From NCBI GenBank assembly GCA_963845145.1, contig CAWJQU010000004.1:160001-224000 (forward strand): a DNA stretch of 64,000 nt, written 5' to 3'. The translations under genes and the position numbers were made by a program. This DNA is from an uncultured delta proteobacterium. GTDB lineage: Bacteria > Desulfobacterota > Desulfobacteria > Desulfobacterales > QNYZ01. The notes beneath the pieces are model-generated. The model had not been told where the DNA came from. It made no database searches and saw nothing but the letters and a program-made list of their open reading frames with translations. Shown piece after piece: positions 28,373-38,447 of the stretch (its first letter is position 1; every line of letters begins with the position of its first letter).

Positions 28373-30355
28373 ATGGGAAACGTTCAATCTGCTTTCATTC
28401 CGGTCGTTGGTTTTTTACTGGCAGGTGTTATTTTTGCGAATCCGACAATGGCTGAATCGAATCCGGTTCTTGACGAGATCGTGGTAACGGACAGCCGCAT
28501 CGAAGAAAAGAAAAAGTACGTCTCCACCAACATCACCACCATCACCGCGGAAGACCTCAAACAATCACCGGCCCGAAATCTGGGAGAACTCCTGGCTGAA
28601 AAAGGTATCGGGCATATTCAGAGGTATCCGGGGGCGAACACCTCCATGGGTATTCGCGGGTTTAAAAACGATTCCCATGGCAATGACCTAAAGGGAAAAG
28701 TACTGGTATTGATCAATGGTCGCAGGGCGGGTACGGGCAATGTCGCTAAGATTTTGACCAAAAACGTTGAGCGGATTGAAATTTTGCGCGGCCCCGGTGC
28801 GGTGCAATACGGCTCGGCGGGTATGGGGGGCGTGGTCAATGTCATTACGCGGCAAGGTGCCAAAAATGGCGCATCGATCGATATCGGCTACGGTAGTTTC
28901 GAAGAGATGAAAGCCTCTCTGGGCGGCACCGCCAAAAAAGGCGCGTTCGACTTTTCCGGCGCGGTTGATTACACATCCCACGATGATTATAAAACCGGGG
29001 GTGGAGATCGTTATAAAAATACCGGGCTGGACAGCCAGGTTGATTACAGTTTCAACGGGGGCTATACCCTGTTTCCGAATAATCGGATATCGATTGTATT
29101 AAACGGGGTGGATGTGGATGGCGCAGGAAATCCGGGTTATTTGAGCCAGAATGATCTGGATAATTATACCGATAAAAAGAATGTGTCGGGAGATCTGTCG
29201 TATCAGGGCGGCGATGCTACCGGAAAATTTACCTGGTTGGCCCGATACTTTAGGGGAAAAGATGAAGATAAGTGGTTCGATCCGGTGGAGAGCAATCCGA
29301 CCGGGTATGATAACGGTATTCCTGCCGAGCGTGAAACCGATCAGCAAGGGGCACAGTTACAAGTCAGCACACGCTTTAAACCGCTGGCGCTGACGGCGGG
29401 CCTGGACTGGGTTGAATATGACATCGATGCGAGCTGGACACCCCAACGTACCGAGTATGACAATCTGGCGGGCTTTTTGTTGGCCAAGGGTTTTCTGTTT
29501 GACGAGCGGCTCATCCTCTCCGGTGGGGTACGCTATGATACCTACGATGTGGAAGTGGTGGAACCGGCCGGCCGCAGCGAGGATGACAATCAGTTTACAC
29601 CATCTGTGGGTATTGTCTGGCTACCGGCGGAAACCCTGAAATTAAGGGCACGGTATGCCGAAGCCTTTGTGATGCCCGGTGCCGATCAACTGGCCTCGGA
29701 TCATGTCAGTTTCGGCCGCCGGGTGGTGGGCAATCCCAACTTGAAACCGGAAACCAGCGACACCTGGGAATTGGGGTTTGATTACAATCCCGGTCCGCTA
29801 AATACTTCATTGACCTGGTTTTCCACCGATTTTTCCGATAAGATCGATTTCACCGCCACGGACGACGGGGCATCTACCTGGGAAAACCTGGGCAGCGCTT
29901 CGATTTCCGGCTTCGAAGGGGAAGTTTCGTTTGATTTCGGACTGCTGATGGACTGGCGGTATGAGGTGAAACCCTATGTCAATTTTACATACCTGACCGA
30001 ATTCGAGGATCACGACATCGATGACGATCTGAAATACATCAATGAAAAGCGGGCTTCCCTTGGCATTGCCGTAAGCGATTATGACGGATTTTCCGCTCGC
30101 TTGAATGTCGCTTACACCGGTGAGCAGGAAGTGGATGATTGGGAGAGTGGGACCTTTCCCACCCCGGTAGTGACGCTTGACGATTTTATCGTCACGGATT
30201 TGGCCGTGGAAAAAAGAGTTATTAAGACCGAAAAAGCCGGCGCCATCTCCCTGCGAGGAGAAGCGCGCAATATCTTTAATGAAGACTATGCCTATGTCAA
30301 AGGGTACCCCATGCCGGGACGCAGTTTTTTCGTGGGGTTAAATTGGGCGTACTGA
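28373..30355 (+). CDS. btuB: TonB-dependent receptor, probable cobalamin receptor
   Basis: Signal peptide, TonB box DEIVVT, plug IERIEILRGPGAVQYG, NPNLKPE, C-terminal aromatic residue; under a B12 riboswitch. Confidence 0.85.
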   Translation: MGNVQSAFIPVVGFLLAGVIFANPTMAESNPVLDEIVVTDSRIEEKKKYVSTNITTITAEDLKQSPARNLGELLAEKGIGHIQRYPGANTSMGIRGFKNDSHGNDLKGKVLVLINGRRAGTGNVAKILTKNVERIEILRGPGAVQYGSAGMGGVVNVITRQGAKNGASIDIGYGSFEEMKASLGGTAKKGAFDFSGAVDYTSHDDYKTGGGDRYKNTGLDSQVDYSFNGGYTLFPNNRISIVLNGVDVDGAGNPGYLSQNDLDNYTDKKNVSGDLSYQGGDATGKFTWLARYFRGKDEDKWFDPVESNPTGYDNGIPAERETDQQGAQLQVSTRFKPLALTAGLDWVEYDIDASWTPQRTEYDNLAGFLLAKGFLFDERLILSGGVRYDTYDVEVVEPAGRSEDDNQFTPSVGIVWLPAETLKLRARYAEAFVMPGADQLASDHVSFGRRVVGNPNLKPETSDTWELGFDYNPGPLNTSLTWFSTDFSDKIDFTATDDGASTWENLGSASISGFEGEVSFDFGLLMDWRYEVKPYVNFTYLTEFEDHDIDDDLKYINEKRASLGIAVSDYDGFSARLNVAYTGEQEVDDWESGTFPTPVVTLDDFIVTDLAVEKRVIKTEKAGAISLRGEARNIFNEDYAYVKGYPMPGRSFFVGLNWAY

Positions 30356-30369
30356 TACGGGAATAACGT

Positions 30370-31251
30370 ATGAATCGATACTTTCTCAAATTGCTATTGA
30401 TGGTTCTGCTGCTCCCTTCTATGGCGGTTGCCCAAAATAGTGGGCAGAACAGTGGCCCGGATGGTGAAAAACCGGTCCGTCGGATTATCTCGCTGGGTCC
30501 CATCAATACGGAAAATGTCTATTTGCTCGGGGCCGAAGACCGCCTCATTGCCAACACGATCTATTGTGTCACCCCGCCGGCGGCCAAAGAGAAACCAAAA
30601 ATCGGAACCTTACTCCAGGCCAATATTGAGAAGATCGTCAGCCTGAAGCCGGATCTGGTTCTGGCCACCTCCCTGACACGGCCGAGACAGATCGACAAAC
30701 TGAGGCGCTTGGGGGTCAAAGTCGTCCAGTTTACCCAGCCGGCCGGTTTTGATGAAATCGGGGAGCAGTTCATCGCCTTGGGGCGCCTGCTCGATAGCGA
30801 AGACCGGGCCAGGGGGATTGTCGACGAGGCCCGTCGAGCTATCGAGGATATTCGCCAAAAAACCGATGGACAAGTAAAGAAGAAAGTATTTTTGCAAGTA
30901 GGCACGCGGCCGCTTTTTTCATCGGTTGAAAATTCCTTTACCAACGACTTTATCACCTTCGGCGGTGGACAAAATATTGCCGGCGGGAACCTGCAAGGGG
31001 TCTACAGCCGGGAAAAAGTGGTTGCGTTAAATCCGGACCTGATCATTATTGCCATTATGGGTAGCGAAGGCATATCCGGTGAAAAGGAAAAACAGAAGTG
31101 GGACCGCTTCTCATCCATCAACGCCGTCAAAAATGACAACATTTATGTCGTTGACCCCAATCTGATTTGCAGCCCGTCACCCAGCACCTTTGTTGAAGCA
31201 CTGCGGACGATTACCTCCCTTATTCACCCGGAAGTCATTCTTGATGAATAA
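30370..31251 (+). CDS. btuF: Cobalamin ABC transporter substrate-binding protein
   Basis: RIISLGP, NIEKIVSLKPDLVL, AVKNDNIY. Confidence 0.85.
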   Translation: MNRYFLKLLLMVLLLPSMAVAQNSGQNSGPDGEKPVRRIISLGPINTENVYLLGAEDRLIANTIYCVTPPAAKEKPKIGTLLQANIEKIVSLKPDLVLATSLTRPRQIDKLRRLGVKVVQFTQPAGFDEIGEQFIALGRLLDSEDRARGIVDEARRAIEDIRQKTDGQVKKKVFLQVGTRPLFSSVENSFTNDFITFGGGQNIAGGNLQGVYSREKVVALNPDLIIIAIMGSEGISGEKEKQKWDRFSSINAVKNDNIYVVDPNLICSPSPSTFVEALRTITSLIHPEVILDE

Positions 31252-32260
31252 GACGCCTTCACGGATAGGAAAGGGTCTTTGTTTTTTTTTGATCCTTTTG
31301 ATCGTGCTTTTAAGCATAGTGGCGCTTGCCCTTTGTACCGGTGCGTCGTTCATTCCGATCGGTGACATGATTTCAATTCTGACGGGTAACAAAGAGAGCA
31401 GCGAATATATAATTTTGATGCATATCCGTATGCCGCGCATCATCCTCGGCTTTGCCGTGGGCGGATCACTGAGTCTGGCCGGTGCATTGTTGCAGGGGAT
31501 GTTCCGAAACCCTTTGGTGGAGCCGTATACCCTGGGTATTTCCGGGGGGGCGTCTTTGGGAGTGGCCCTCAATATTCTCTTTAAATGGTACACGGTTATC
31601 GGGACCATTGCCTACCCGATTTCCGGGTTTATCGGCGCCCTGATCGTTATGATTTTTGTCTACGGGATGAGCGTGAGACGGCAAAGCATGGGACTCCGCG
31701 ATATGTTGCTGATTGGTGTCATGGTGAGTTTCATCGCCTCTTCGGTAGTGATGCTGCTCATGGCCGTATCCAAAAGTGAAGATCTGCATGGCATCATCTT
31801 CTGGATCATGGGATCGTTGGATGAACCCAACCTGACCCTGATCTATATAGCTGTGGCCATATCACTGGGCGGGCTATTGCTCAGCCACCTGTTCTGTCTC
31901 CCTTTAAACGCCCTGAGCCTCGGTGAGGAAGGCGCCCGGCATCTTGGGGTGCGGGTGGACAATACGCGCCGATGGTTGTTTCTTCTGGCGTCTTTACTCA
32001 CCGGCCTTTCCGTTTCCGTGGCGGGGATCATCGGTTTCGTGGGCCTGGTGGTGCCCCATTTCATACGAATGATCATGGGCCCGGACCACCGGGTTCTTTT
32101 GGCCGGATCGTTTCTGGCCGGGGCCTCATTTCTGATTTTGTGCGATACCCTGGCACGCACGATCATCTCTCCCTTGGAGCTGCCTGTAGGGGTTGTCACC
32201 GGTATTATCGGCGGTAGCGTTTTTGTGTATGCCTTGACCCGAAAGCGGGTGGTATTGTGA
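31244..32260 (+). CDS. btuC: FecCD/BtuC-family ABC permease
   Basis: IRMPR, FRNPLVEPYTLGISGGA, IGFVGLVVPH, ELPVG. Confidence 0.88.
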   Translation: MNKTPSRIGKGLCFFLILLIVLLSIVALALCTGASFIPIGDMISILTGNKESSEYIILMHIRMPRIILGFAVGGSLSLAGALLQGMFRNPLVEPYTLGISGGASLGVALNILFKWYTVIGTIAYPISGFIGALIVMIFVYGMSVRRQSMGLRDMLLIGVMVSFIASSVVMLLMAVSKSEDLHGIIFWIMGSLDEPNLTLIYIAVAISLGGLLLSHLFCLPLNALSLGEEGARHLGVRVDNTRRWLFLLASLLTGLSVSVAGIIGFVGLVVPHFIRMIMGPDHRVLLAGSFLAGASFLILCDTLARTIISPLELPVGVVTGIIGGSVFVYALTRKRVVL

Positions 32261-33084
32261 ACCAGCCGGTACTTGACATACAAAAGTTATCCTGCGGGTA
32301 TGGGGGGAAAACCGTCATCGAGGAGGTTGACCTGACGATCGCATCCGGGGAGATTGTGACGATTATCGGTCCCAACGGGTCCGGCAAAACAACGTTTTTG
32401 CGGGCCGTATCCCGGATTTTAACCCCCCAGCGGGGTAAAATATTATTGTTCGGCATTGATATTCATAAGCTGACACCGGAGAAGATGGCCCGGCAGGTTG
32501 CCGTGGTGGGCCAATTGCGGGAACCGGTCCCCATGACGGTTCGTGAATATATACTCCTGGGCCGCATTCCCTTTTACAAACGGTTTCAATTTATCGAAAC
32601 GGATCGGGACCGCGAGCTGGCTGATCGCTATATTCGACTGACCGGTATCGCCGATTATGAAAACAAACGACTCAATGAATTAAGCGGCGGTCAGATGCAG
32701 TTGGCCGCCATTGCCCGGGCTCTGGTTCAGGAGCCGAAGCTTCTGCTCCTCGATGAACCCACGGCCCATCTGGATATTACCCATCAGGCCCGGATTTTGG
32801 ATTTGATTCGGCGATTGAACCGTGAGCTTGCCATCACCGTTCTCATGGTGCTTCACGATCTCAATCTGGCCAGCGAGTATTCCCATCGGCTGGTGCTGGT
32901 AAAAGATGGGCGTTTGGTCGCCTGCGGCGAGCCCGAACAGGTGATCACTTACAAGACCGTGGAAGATGTGTATAAAACCATCGTGCTGGTGGACAAAAAT
33001 CCGCTTTCCGGGAAGCCATATGTCTTTCTGGTCACTGAGGAACAACAGAAGGCGCAACAAGCGGCGAGTGGGCTGAAAAAATAA
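32257..33084 (+). CDS. btuD: ABC transporter ATPase
   Basis: GPNGSGKT, LSGGQ, LLLDEPT, LHDLNLA. Confidence 0.88.
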   Translation: MNQPVLDIQKLSCGYGGKTVIEEVDLTIASGEIVTIIGPNGSGKTTFLRAVSRILTPQRGKILLFGIDIHKLTPEKMARQVAVVGQLREPVPMTVREYILLGRIPFYKRFQFIETDRDRELADRYIRLTGIADYENKRLNELSGGQMQLAAIARALVQEPKLLLLDEPTAHLDITHQARILDLIRRLNRELAITVLMVLHDLNLASEYSHRLVLVKDGRLVACGEPEQVITYKTVEDVYKTIVLVDKNPLSGKPYVFLVTEEQQKAQQAASGLKK

Positions 33085-33156
33085 CATCGGGAACCCGTTC
33101 AAAATCCTCGGGCGAACCCATCCGGCAAATCGAAATTGAAACGGCGGTATCGATAG

Positions 33157-33807
33157 ATGCAAACTATATGGCAGATATTTCAAAGCGGTGGGCCGGTGAT
33201 GTGGCCTTTGTTAGGCTGTTCGATGATTACCCTGACCGTGGTGTTGGAACGGATATTTTTTTGGATCGGGTTGGAACGGCATCGGAATCGGCCGCTTCTG
33301 GACGAGGTCCTCGATATTGCCCGCTATGGTGACTGGGAAACGATCAGGAAGAAAACCACCGGGTGCCGCGACCATGTGATTCGCATGCTGGCCGTGGGGA
33401 TTATTCACCGGGAATTTTCACTGGTAAAAGCCATGGAGGCGGAGGCGGAAGAGACGCTGAAACGCATGCGCAAGTTCATGACTGTTTTGGACACCATGAT
33501 TACCGTGGCGCCGTTGTTGGGTATTTTTGGCACGGTCCTCGGCATCATCACCTCATTTAACCTTTTGGGTGCCGGCGGGATCGAAGACCCCAAAACGGTA
33601 ACCGCGGGGATTGCCCAGGCTTTGATTACTACGGCCACGGGCCTGGGGATCGCCATTCTGGCTGTATTTCCCTATAATTATTTCAATACCCGGATCGAAG
33701 CGGCGGCCCATGTCATGGAAAAGTATGCCACCAATTTGGAAATTGTTGCCAAACTGGCTGACAACGGACCATCATCGGATCAAGCGCACCACGGCCAACC
33801 GGAATGA
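33157..33807 (+). CDS. exbB: MotA/TolQ/ExbB proton channel
   Basis: GGPVMWPL, APLLGIFGTVLG, GIAQALITTATGL. Confidence 0.9.
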   Translation: MQTIWQIFQSGGPVMWPLLGCSMITLTVVLERIFFWIGLERHRNRPLLDEVLDIARYGDWETIRKKTTGCRDHVIRMLAVGIIHREFSLVKAMEAEAEETLKRMRKFMTVLDTMITVAPLLGIFGTVLGIITSFNLLGAGGIEDPKTVTAGIAQALITTATGLGIAILAVFPYNYFNTRIEAAAHVMEKYATNLEIVAKLADNGPSSDQAHHGQPE

Positions 33808-34229
33808 AGTTAAAGTCCAAAATCCGACCCCGTCCCCGTATCGAGATGCTTCCGCTAATCGATATCGTCTTTCTTTTGCTGGTCTTTTTTATCTACGCCA
33901 TGCTTTCCATGGCCGTGCATCGCGGTATGGCTGTGAGTTTGCCGGGTTCGACCCGGGCTGCCGTGACAGATGAAGCCCCTCTTTCTCTATCGGTAAAAAC
34001 GGCACCCGCAGGTCTCGCAATATATCTGAACGAGGAAGCGGTTGAATTGGATGTGCTTGAGAACCGCCTGCGCCAGGCGGTCGGCCAGTCCGGCGATAAA
34101 TCTTCACCGGAGCTATTGCTATTCGCCGACAAGGCCGTGACCTATCAGCAGCTTTACCATGTGCTCGATCGGGTAAACAGCGCCGGAATCGAGAAAATTT
34201 CGCTTCAGGCCGAGGTGGAGAAACCCTAA
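33804..34229 (+). CDS. exbD: ExbD/TolR biopolymer transporter
   Basis: PLIDIVFLLLVFF. Confidence 0.9.
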   Translation: MKLKSKIRPRPRIEMLPLIDIVFLLLVFFIYAMLSMAVHRGMAVSLPGSTRAAVTDEAPLSLSVKTAPAGLAIYLNEEAVELDVLENRLRQAVGQSGDKSSPELLLFADKAVTYQQLYHVLDRVNSAGIEKISLQAEVEKP

Positions 34230-35015
34230 ATGCATCGATTCTGGGCCGGCCTCATGATCGCTTTGGGGTGTCATATCCTGTTTTTTTTGGTGCCCGTTAA
34301 TCGACAGCCGGTGAAGCCGTCGCGCCTTCCCCAAACAAATCGCATCACGGTTCGCTTCAACCCGTTACAGCCACCGACGCCTCAACAGGTAGCCAGGGTG
34401 ATACCGCTTCCCCCCGACCCCATTTCTCCGTTGGAAAAGCGGGTGGAAAAACCGCCCCCCAAAAAGGCGCCACCGCCGAAACCCAAACCAAAACCGAAAA
34501 CCGTCCCCAAGCCCCGGAAGGTAAAAAAGAAAAAGGCCCCGGATGCCAAACCGCCTGAACCCCTGCTGCCACCGTCGGGGCCTCAGGTTCAAAAAGAATC
34601 GGCTACGGATGATACATCGAAACCCATAAACAATGTGCCGCCCGTGGCCCGCCCGAACTTGAACGCGCCACCGTCGGTGGCAACGGCGCCCGTTACGCCT
34701 GTCCTGGTGAGCAATATTCCGCCGCCCATGGTCCGTAAGGCTTATCCGAAAAATGAGGGCAATCCGCCCCCCCCATATCCGGTTCTGGCCCGACGGCGTG
34801 GTTGGGAGGGTACCGTTGATCTTTCGGTAATGGTGCTGGAGAATGGGCAGGTCGGCGATATTTCCGTCGAAAAAAGCAGCGGTTATCCCCTCCTGGATGA
34901 GACCGCCCTTAAAACCGTCTCAAAATATCATTTTGTCCCGGGACTAAGCGGCGATCAGGCCGTGGTCATGCGGGTTAAAGTGCCCGTTCACTTTCGCCTC
35001 CGGGATACGAATTAG
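34230..35015 (+). CDS. tonB: Energy transducer TonB
   Basis: N-terminal TM, Pro/Lys-rich linker, YPVLARRRGWEGTV, SSGYPLLD. Confidence 0.92.
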   Translation: MHRFWAGLMIALGCHILFFLVPVNRQPVKPSRLPQTNRITVRFNPLQPPTPQQVARVIPLPPDPISPLEKRVEKPPPKKAPPPKPKPKPKTVPKPRKVKKKKAPDAKPPEPLLPPSGPQVQKESATDDTSKPINNVPPVARPNLNAPPSVATAPVTPVLVSNIPPPMVRKAYPKNEGNPPPPYPVLARRRGWEGTVDLSVMVLENGQVGDISVEKSSGYPLLDETALKTVSKYHFVPGLSGDQAVVMRVKVPVHFRLRDTN

Positions 35016-35181
35016 ACCGGGCCGTACATCGAAAACCAGCAAATGGGTGGGTGATGGGGCTTATGACATCGTAGGCCAGGTACCTGGTTATTCGACTCGG
35101 ACTTGAAAACAACCCGATTCTGTATTATTTACCAATATAGATTTAAAAAGATCTCGATTGGAAAACCAAAAAGGACGTATT

Positions 35182-35493
35182 ATGTCTGATGCGCAAGTAA
35201 AAGTGTACTCTTTGAGTACCTGCAGTCATTGTAAATCTGTTAAAAAATTGATGGATGAGTGCAATGTGCAATACGATTATGTGGAGGTGGACAGGTTAAA
35301 GGGCGAAGAGCGTAAGGCGACCTTGGAAGACGTTAGAAAATATAATTCGCGCTGCTCCTTTCCCACCACGATAATTGGTGAAACGGTGGTTGTTGGTTAC
35401 AAGGCGGTCAAAGTCAAAGAGGCGCTGAATGCGCATTTAGATTTGGGTTTAGACATCCTTTCGGAAGATGATAAGAAACAGAAGACGGTTTAA
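35182..35493 (+). CDS. Glutaredoxin-like protein 1
   Basis: LSTCSHC, SFPT, VVGY. Confidence 0.88.
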   Translation: MSDAQVKVYSLSTCSHCKSVKKLMDECNVQYDYVEVDRLKGEERKATLEDVRKYNSRCSFPTTIIGETVVVGYKAVKVKEALNAHLDLGLDILSEDDKKQKTV

Positions 35494-35525
35494 AATGGGT
35501 AGTCAAAAATCAAAAAGGACCTATT

Positions 35526-35780
35526 ATGTCAGATGATCCGGTAAAAATATTCTCTTTAAGCACCTGCAGCCATTGTAAATCCGTTAAAAAAATGATGACG
35601 GATTGTACGGTAAAGTACGATTTCGTAGATGTGGACTTGCTAAAAGGCGAAGAGCGCAAGGCCATTTTGGCGGATGTTAAAAAGTTTAACCCAAAATGTT
35701 CTTTCCCGACCATTATTATCGGTGAGAAGGTGATTGTGGGTTACAAGGAAGAAAAAATCAAGGAGGCCCTAAATCTATAA
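35526..35780 (+). CDS. Glutaredoxin-like protein 2
   Basis: LSTCSHC, SFPT, IVGY; clear paralog of the upstream gene. Confidence 0.92.
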   Translation: MSDDPVKIFSLSTCSHCKSVKKMMTDCTVKYDFVDVDLLKGEERKAILADVKKFNPKCSFPTIIIGEKVIVGYKEEKIKEALNL

Positions 35781-36112
35781 TGGATGTTGAAAAACTATAC
35801 GAACAATTAAAAAAGATCCAGGAAGCCAAGGGCTACTACTTCAACAAAGACAAAGACCGGGTATTCGAACTTCTTGAAGCACTTATCGAAAACAAAAAAC
35901 GCTACGGTTACATGGTCTGCCCCTGCCGCCTCGCCGGCGAAGACCGCGAGGCCGACAGTGATATTATCTGCCCCTGCGTCTATCGTGAACCCGATGTGGC
36001 CGAATTCGGCAGTTGTTATTGCAGCCTCTACGTTTCTAAAGCCTGGAACGATGAAACCTTCGAGCACGAATACATCCCCGAACGGCGACCACCGGAGAAG
36101 ATGGGCTTCTGA
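35780..36112 (+). CDS. Ferredoxin:thioredoxin reductase catalytic-chain-like protein
   Basis: CPCR, CPC and CYC motifs; translationally coupled to the glutaredoxin (TAATG). Confidence 0.9.
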   Translation: MDVEKLYEQLKKIQEAKGYYFNKDKDRVFELLEALIENKKRYGYMVCPCRLAGEDREADSDIICPCVYREPDVAEFGSCYCSLYVSKAWNDETFEHEYIPERRPPEKMGF

Positions 36113-36691
36113 TTTCGGGCGTCGGTAATCTTGCTTATATCAACACCGCCTTCGTTTTCTCCGAAAGCGTTTCCCCTACCTGTATAAAACCCATGGATAT
36201 AATGGATATCGCCTGCATCCTCATCCCGCTCATCCCGTTTCATTTTTATTGCCGGGATGTGTGATATGGGTATTGATAATAATGTAAAACTTCACGCACT
36301 TGATCCATCAAACGGTATTCCGGATTGGGTTTAAATTTAGGGTTGCTTTCCATATTATCATTAATTTAAAATGTTAAGCAGATAATGTAGGTGATAAACA
36401 AAAAGCTAATTAAATCAAGGGATTTTTTACGCAATAAATAAATTATATTTATATAGGCAGAATTATTTTCCATATATATCGTCAGATATGATGGAAAATT
36501 TTACATCTATTAACACTGTTATCAGCTTTAAAAATGAATAAAACCAGTAAGTTATTCAGAACAATTTGAAAGTCGAAAAGTATTCCTTTTGCAGGTTGGA
36601 AAAATTGAATAAAGCAATTTGATCAAAAGTATATTTTATCGGTAGTCGTTTGAAGGCCTCGTGTTCAATGAATCGTCGCAGCTGCACCGGC

Positions 36692-36800
36692 TGCTAACCT
36701 GGCAATCAAGCGGACGGAATATGGCGTGTTCTTTAAATTGAATAACTCGGTGGGTCACGCAAGCTCGCGTTGCCGCCGCCGCTTATCACGACCGTTAGCG
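36692..36800 (+). repeat. attC site 1
   Basis: R'' TGCTAAC, L'' ATCAAGCG, L' CGCTTAT, R' GTTAGCG; two unpaired bases at the classic positions (extra C in L''; extra A in CGGACGG versus CCGCCG). Confidence 0.85.
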
Positions 36801-38014
36801 CGCCAAGCGAAGCTTGGTGCATCTTGCAGGGTGCAAGTCCCTGTCGGGAAAGGGTTAGCCACCCACCCGTATCGAGTGTTGCGTCTGTGGCGGAGTTTCG
36901 GATGGTCCGGAACGAACAAAACAGGCGAAGCGTACATAGAGAATCATGCAGGCCGTAGGGGAGTCCGCGCTCCCTGAAGTGCTGGTATCGCTCCGAAAAG
37001 AAGCTGTTCCGGTTGCCGAGGGTTGTAATCCGCCTGAGGCGGAAAGGCAATACAAGATTATCCGATAACGGCGAGGATATGAAGGGCCGGCGGAGTTATC
37101 AAGCCGTGGCATGTATGAAGAGATGCATACAAGAACTTGGGAGGCCCATTCGATCCCTGGACAGTCATAGGGTATGGCGACACTGAGGCACGCAGGGGAA
37201 ACCCGGATACAGTACTCGGCGCAAACCTAAGTGATTGTCAAATAAGGAAGGGGAACCAAAGCTGACGTGGAGGAACCCTGGTTGGGTGGGAGTCGTATCA
37301 AGCATAGTAATCGGAGGTGGGGAAAGCCCACTACATGGTGAAGGACTTGACGGAAGTACGCAGCCTGCAAAGGAAACACATGCCGGACAAAGCTGGATCG
37401 GTCAAAGATGTGCCAACCTCACTGCGGGGAATAGCGAAAACGGCAAGTCTCAACAAGCAACATCGCTTTCGGGATCTTTATCGAATGCTCAACAAAGCGG
37501 TTGCCATGATTCTAACGGCGATCTATGAGCAGAACTTTTTAGACTGTTCGTATGGATACCGTCCGGGCAAGGGGGCTAAGGGCGCGGTTAGTGATCTTGT
37601 ATTTCAGTTCCAGTATGGCGTCTTCGGTTATGTTGTGGAAGCTGATATCAAAAGGTATTTTGATAACATCGATTATGATAAGCTGATGGCCATGCTGGAG
37701 AATCGGATCAATGACCGTGCGTTTTTGCGGTTGATTGCCAAATGGCTGAAAGCGGGTATTTTAGAGCCGAGTAAGACGAAGATCGTAAGATTCAGTCGAT
37801 TTCATCCCAGCCGGAAGCGTGGCAAGACGTTCACGTTTCTTGGGTTTGAATTTTATTGGTTCAAAGACCGTAAAGGAGTCATCCGTGCAAAGCGGCGCAC
37901 AGCGTCCTCCAAGCAGCGAATTGCGTTACGCCGAATGAGGGCCTGGCTAAAGCCTCCAGGCATCTGCCGAAGAAGCATTTCTTTCAGACTTTAAAGCACA
38001 AGCTGATCGGCCAT
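36798..38014 (+). mobile_element. Group II intron remnant (5' ribozyme domains plus damaged RT; no domain V/VI seen)
   Basis: Starts GCGCGCC, hairpin CAGGGTGCAAGTCCCTG, about 610 nt of non-coding structured sequence, then an RT/maturase fragment. Confidence 0.85.
37410..38014 (+). pseudogene. Group II intron reverse transcriptase/maturase pseudogene
   Basis: VPTSLRGIA...HRFRDLYRMLN joined to AVAMILTAIYEQNFLDCSYGYRPG, VEADIKRYFDNI, KWLKAGILE joined to PSKTKIVRF...FTFLGF; no PQG or YADD; frameshift near 37950. Confidence 0.9.
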
Positions 38015-38045
38015 AAAAGCAAACATAGAGAATAAAGTAGATAAT

Positions 38046-38294
38046 ATGCCTTTCAAAACAGATGATTTGGGTCGAACTGAACTATTTTTTCATGCTGCCT
38101 CAGGGAATCTACAAGCAGTTGAGAAGGTGATATTTAGCCTTGCAGGAACAGGTATGTGTCCTCAAAGATTGAGTATGATCTCTCACAAAGATAAGAATGG
38201 GCAAACAGCTGCTGACATTGCAGATGAAAATGGGCATACAGAAATATCAAAATTACTAAATTCTGAGCAGGGCCGCATGGAATACTTTGGATAG
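38046..38294 (+). CDS. Small ankyrin-repeat protein (cassette)
   Basis: DDLGRTELFFHAASGN and DKNGQTAADIADENGHTEISKLL; attC starts 5 bp after the stop. Confidence 0.75.
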   Translation: MPFKTDDLGRTELFFHAASGNLQAVEKVIFSLAGTGMCPQRLSMISHKDKNGQTAADIADENGHTEISKLLNSEQGRMEYFG

Positions 38295-38299
38295 TAGAA

Positions 38300-38427
38300 A
38301 CATAACGAATCATTCAACCTGAAAAAAGAGGTCGGGGCTTTGGAAATTTCAAGGCACGCACCAAGTTCGCATTTATTTCGTGTTTCACGGTACGCATCCT
38401 TTTTTCAGCTTATTTCAAACGTATAAC
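38300..38427 (+). repeat. attC site 2 (degenerate R')
   Basis: ACATAAC-6-TTCAACCT-GAAAAAAGAGG ... CCTTTTTTC-AGCTTAT-7-GTATAAC; same spacing as attC1. Confidence 0.7.
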
Positions 38428-38447
38428 AAAAAAATTGAATGGAAGAA

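Noticed and set aside
34440..34580. Low-complexity C/A-rich repeats
   Set aside because: Simply the Pro/Lys linker of TonB
36113..36690. Possible integron integrase or attI in the AT-rich gap
   Set aside because: No tyrosine-recombinase ORF or motif; only a tiny fragment (VKLHALDPSNG). attI cannot be recognised by eye.
36726..37528. Several short ORFs on both strands
   Set aside because: They overlap attC1 and the structured intron RNA and show no protein motifs
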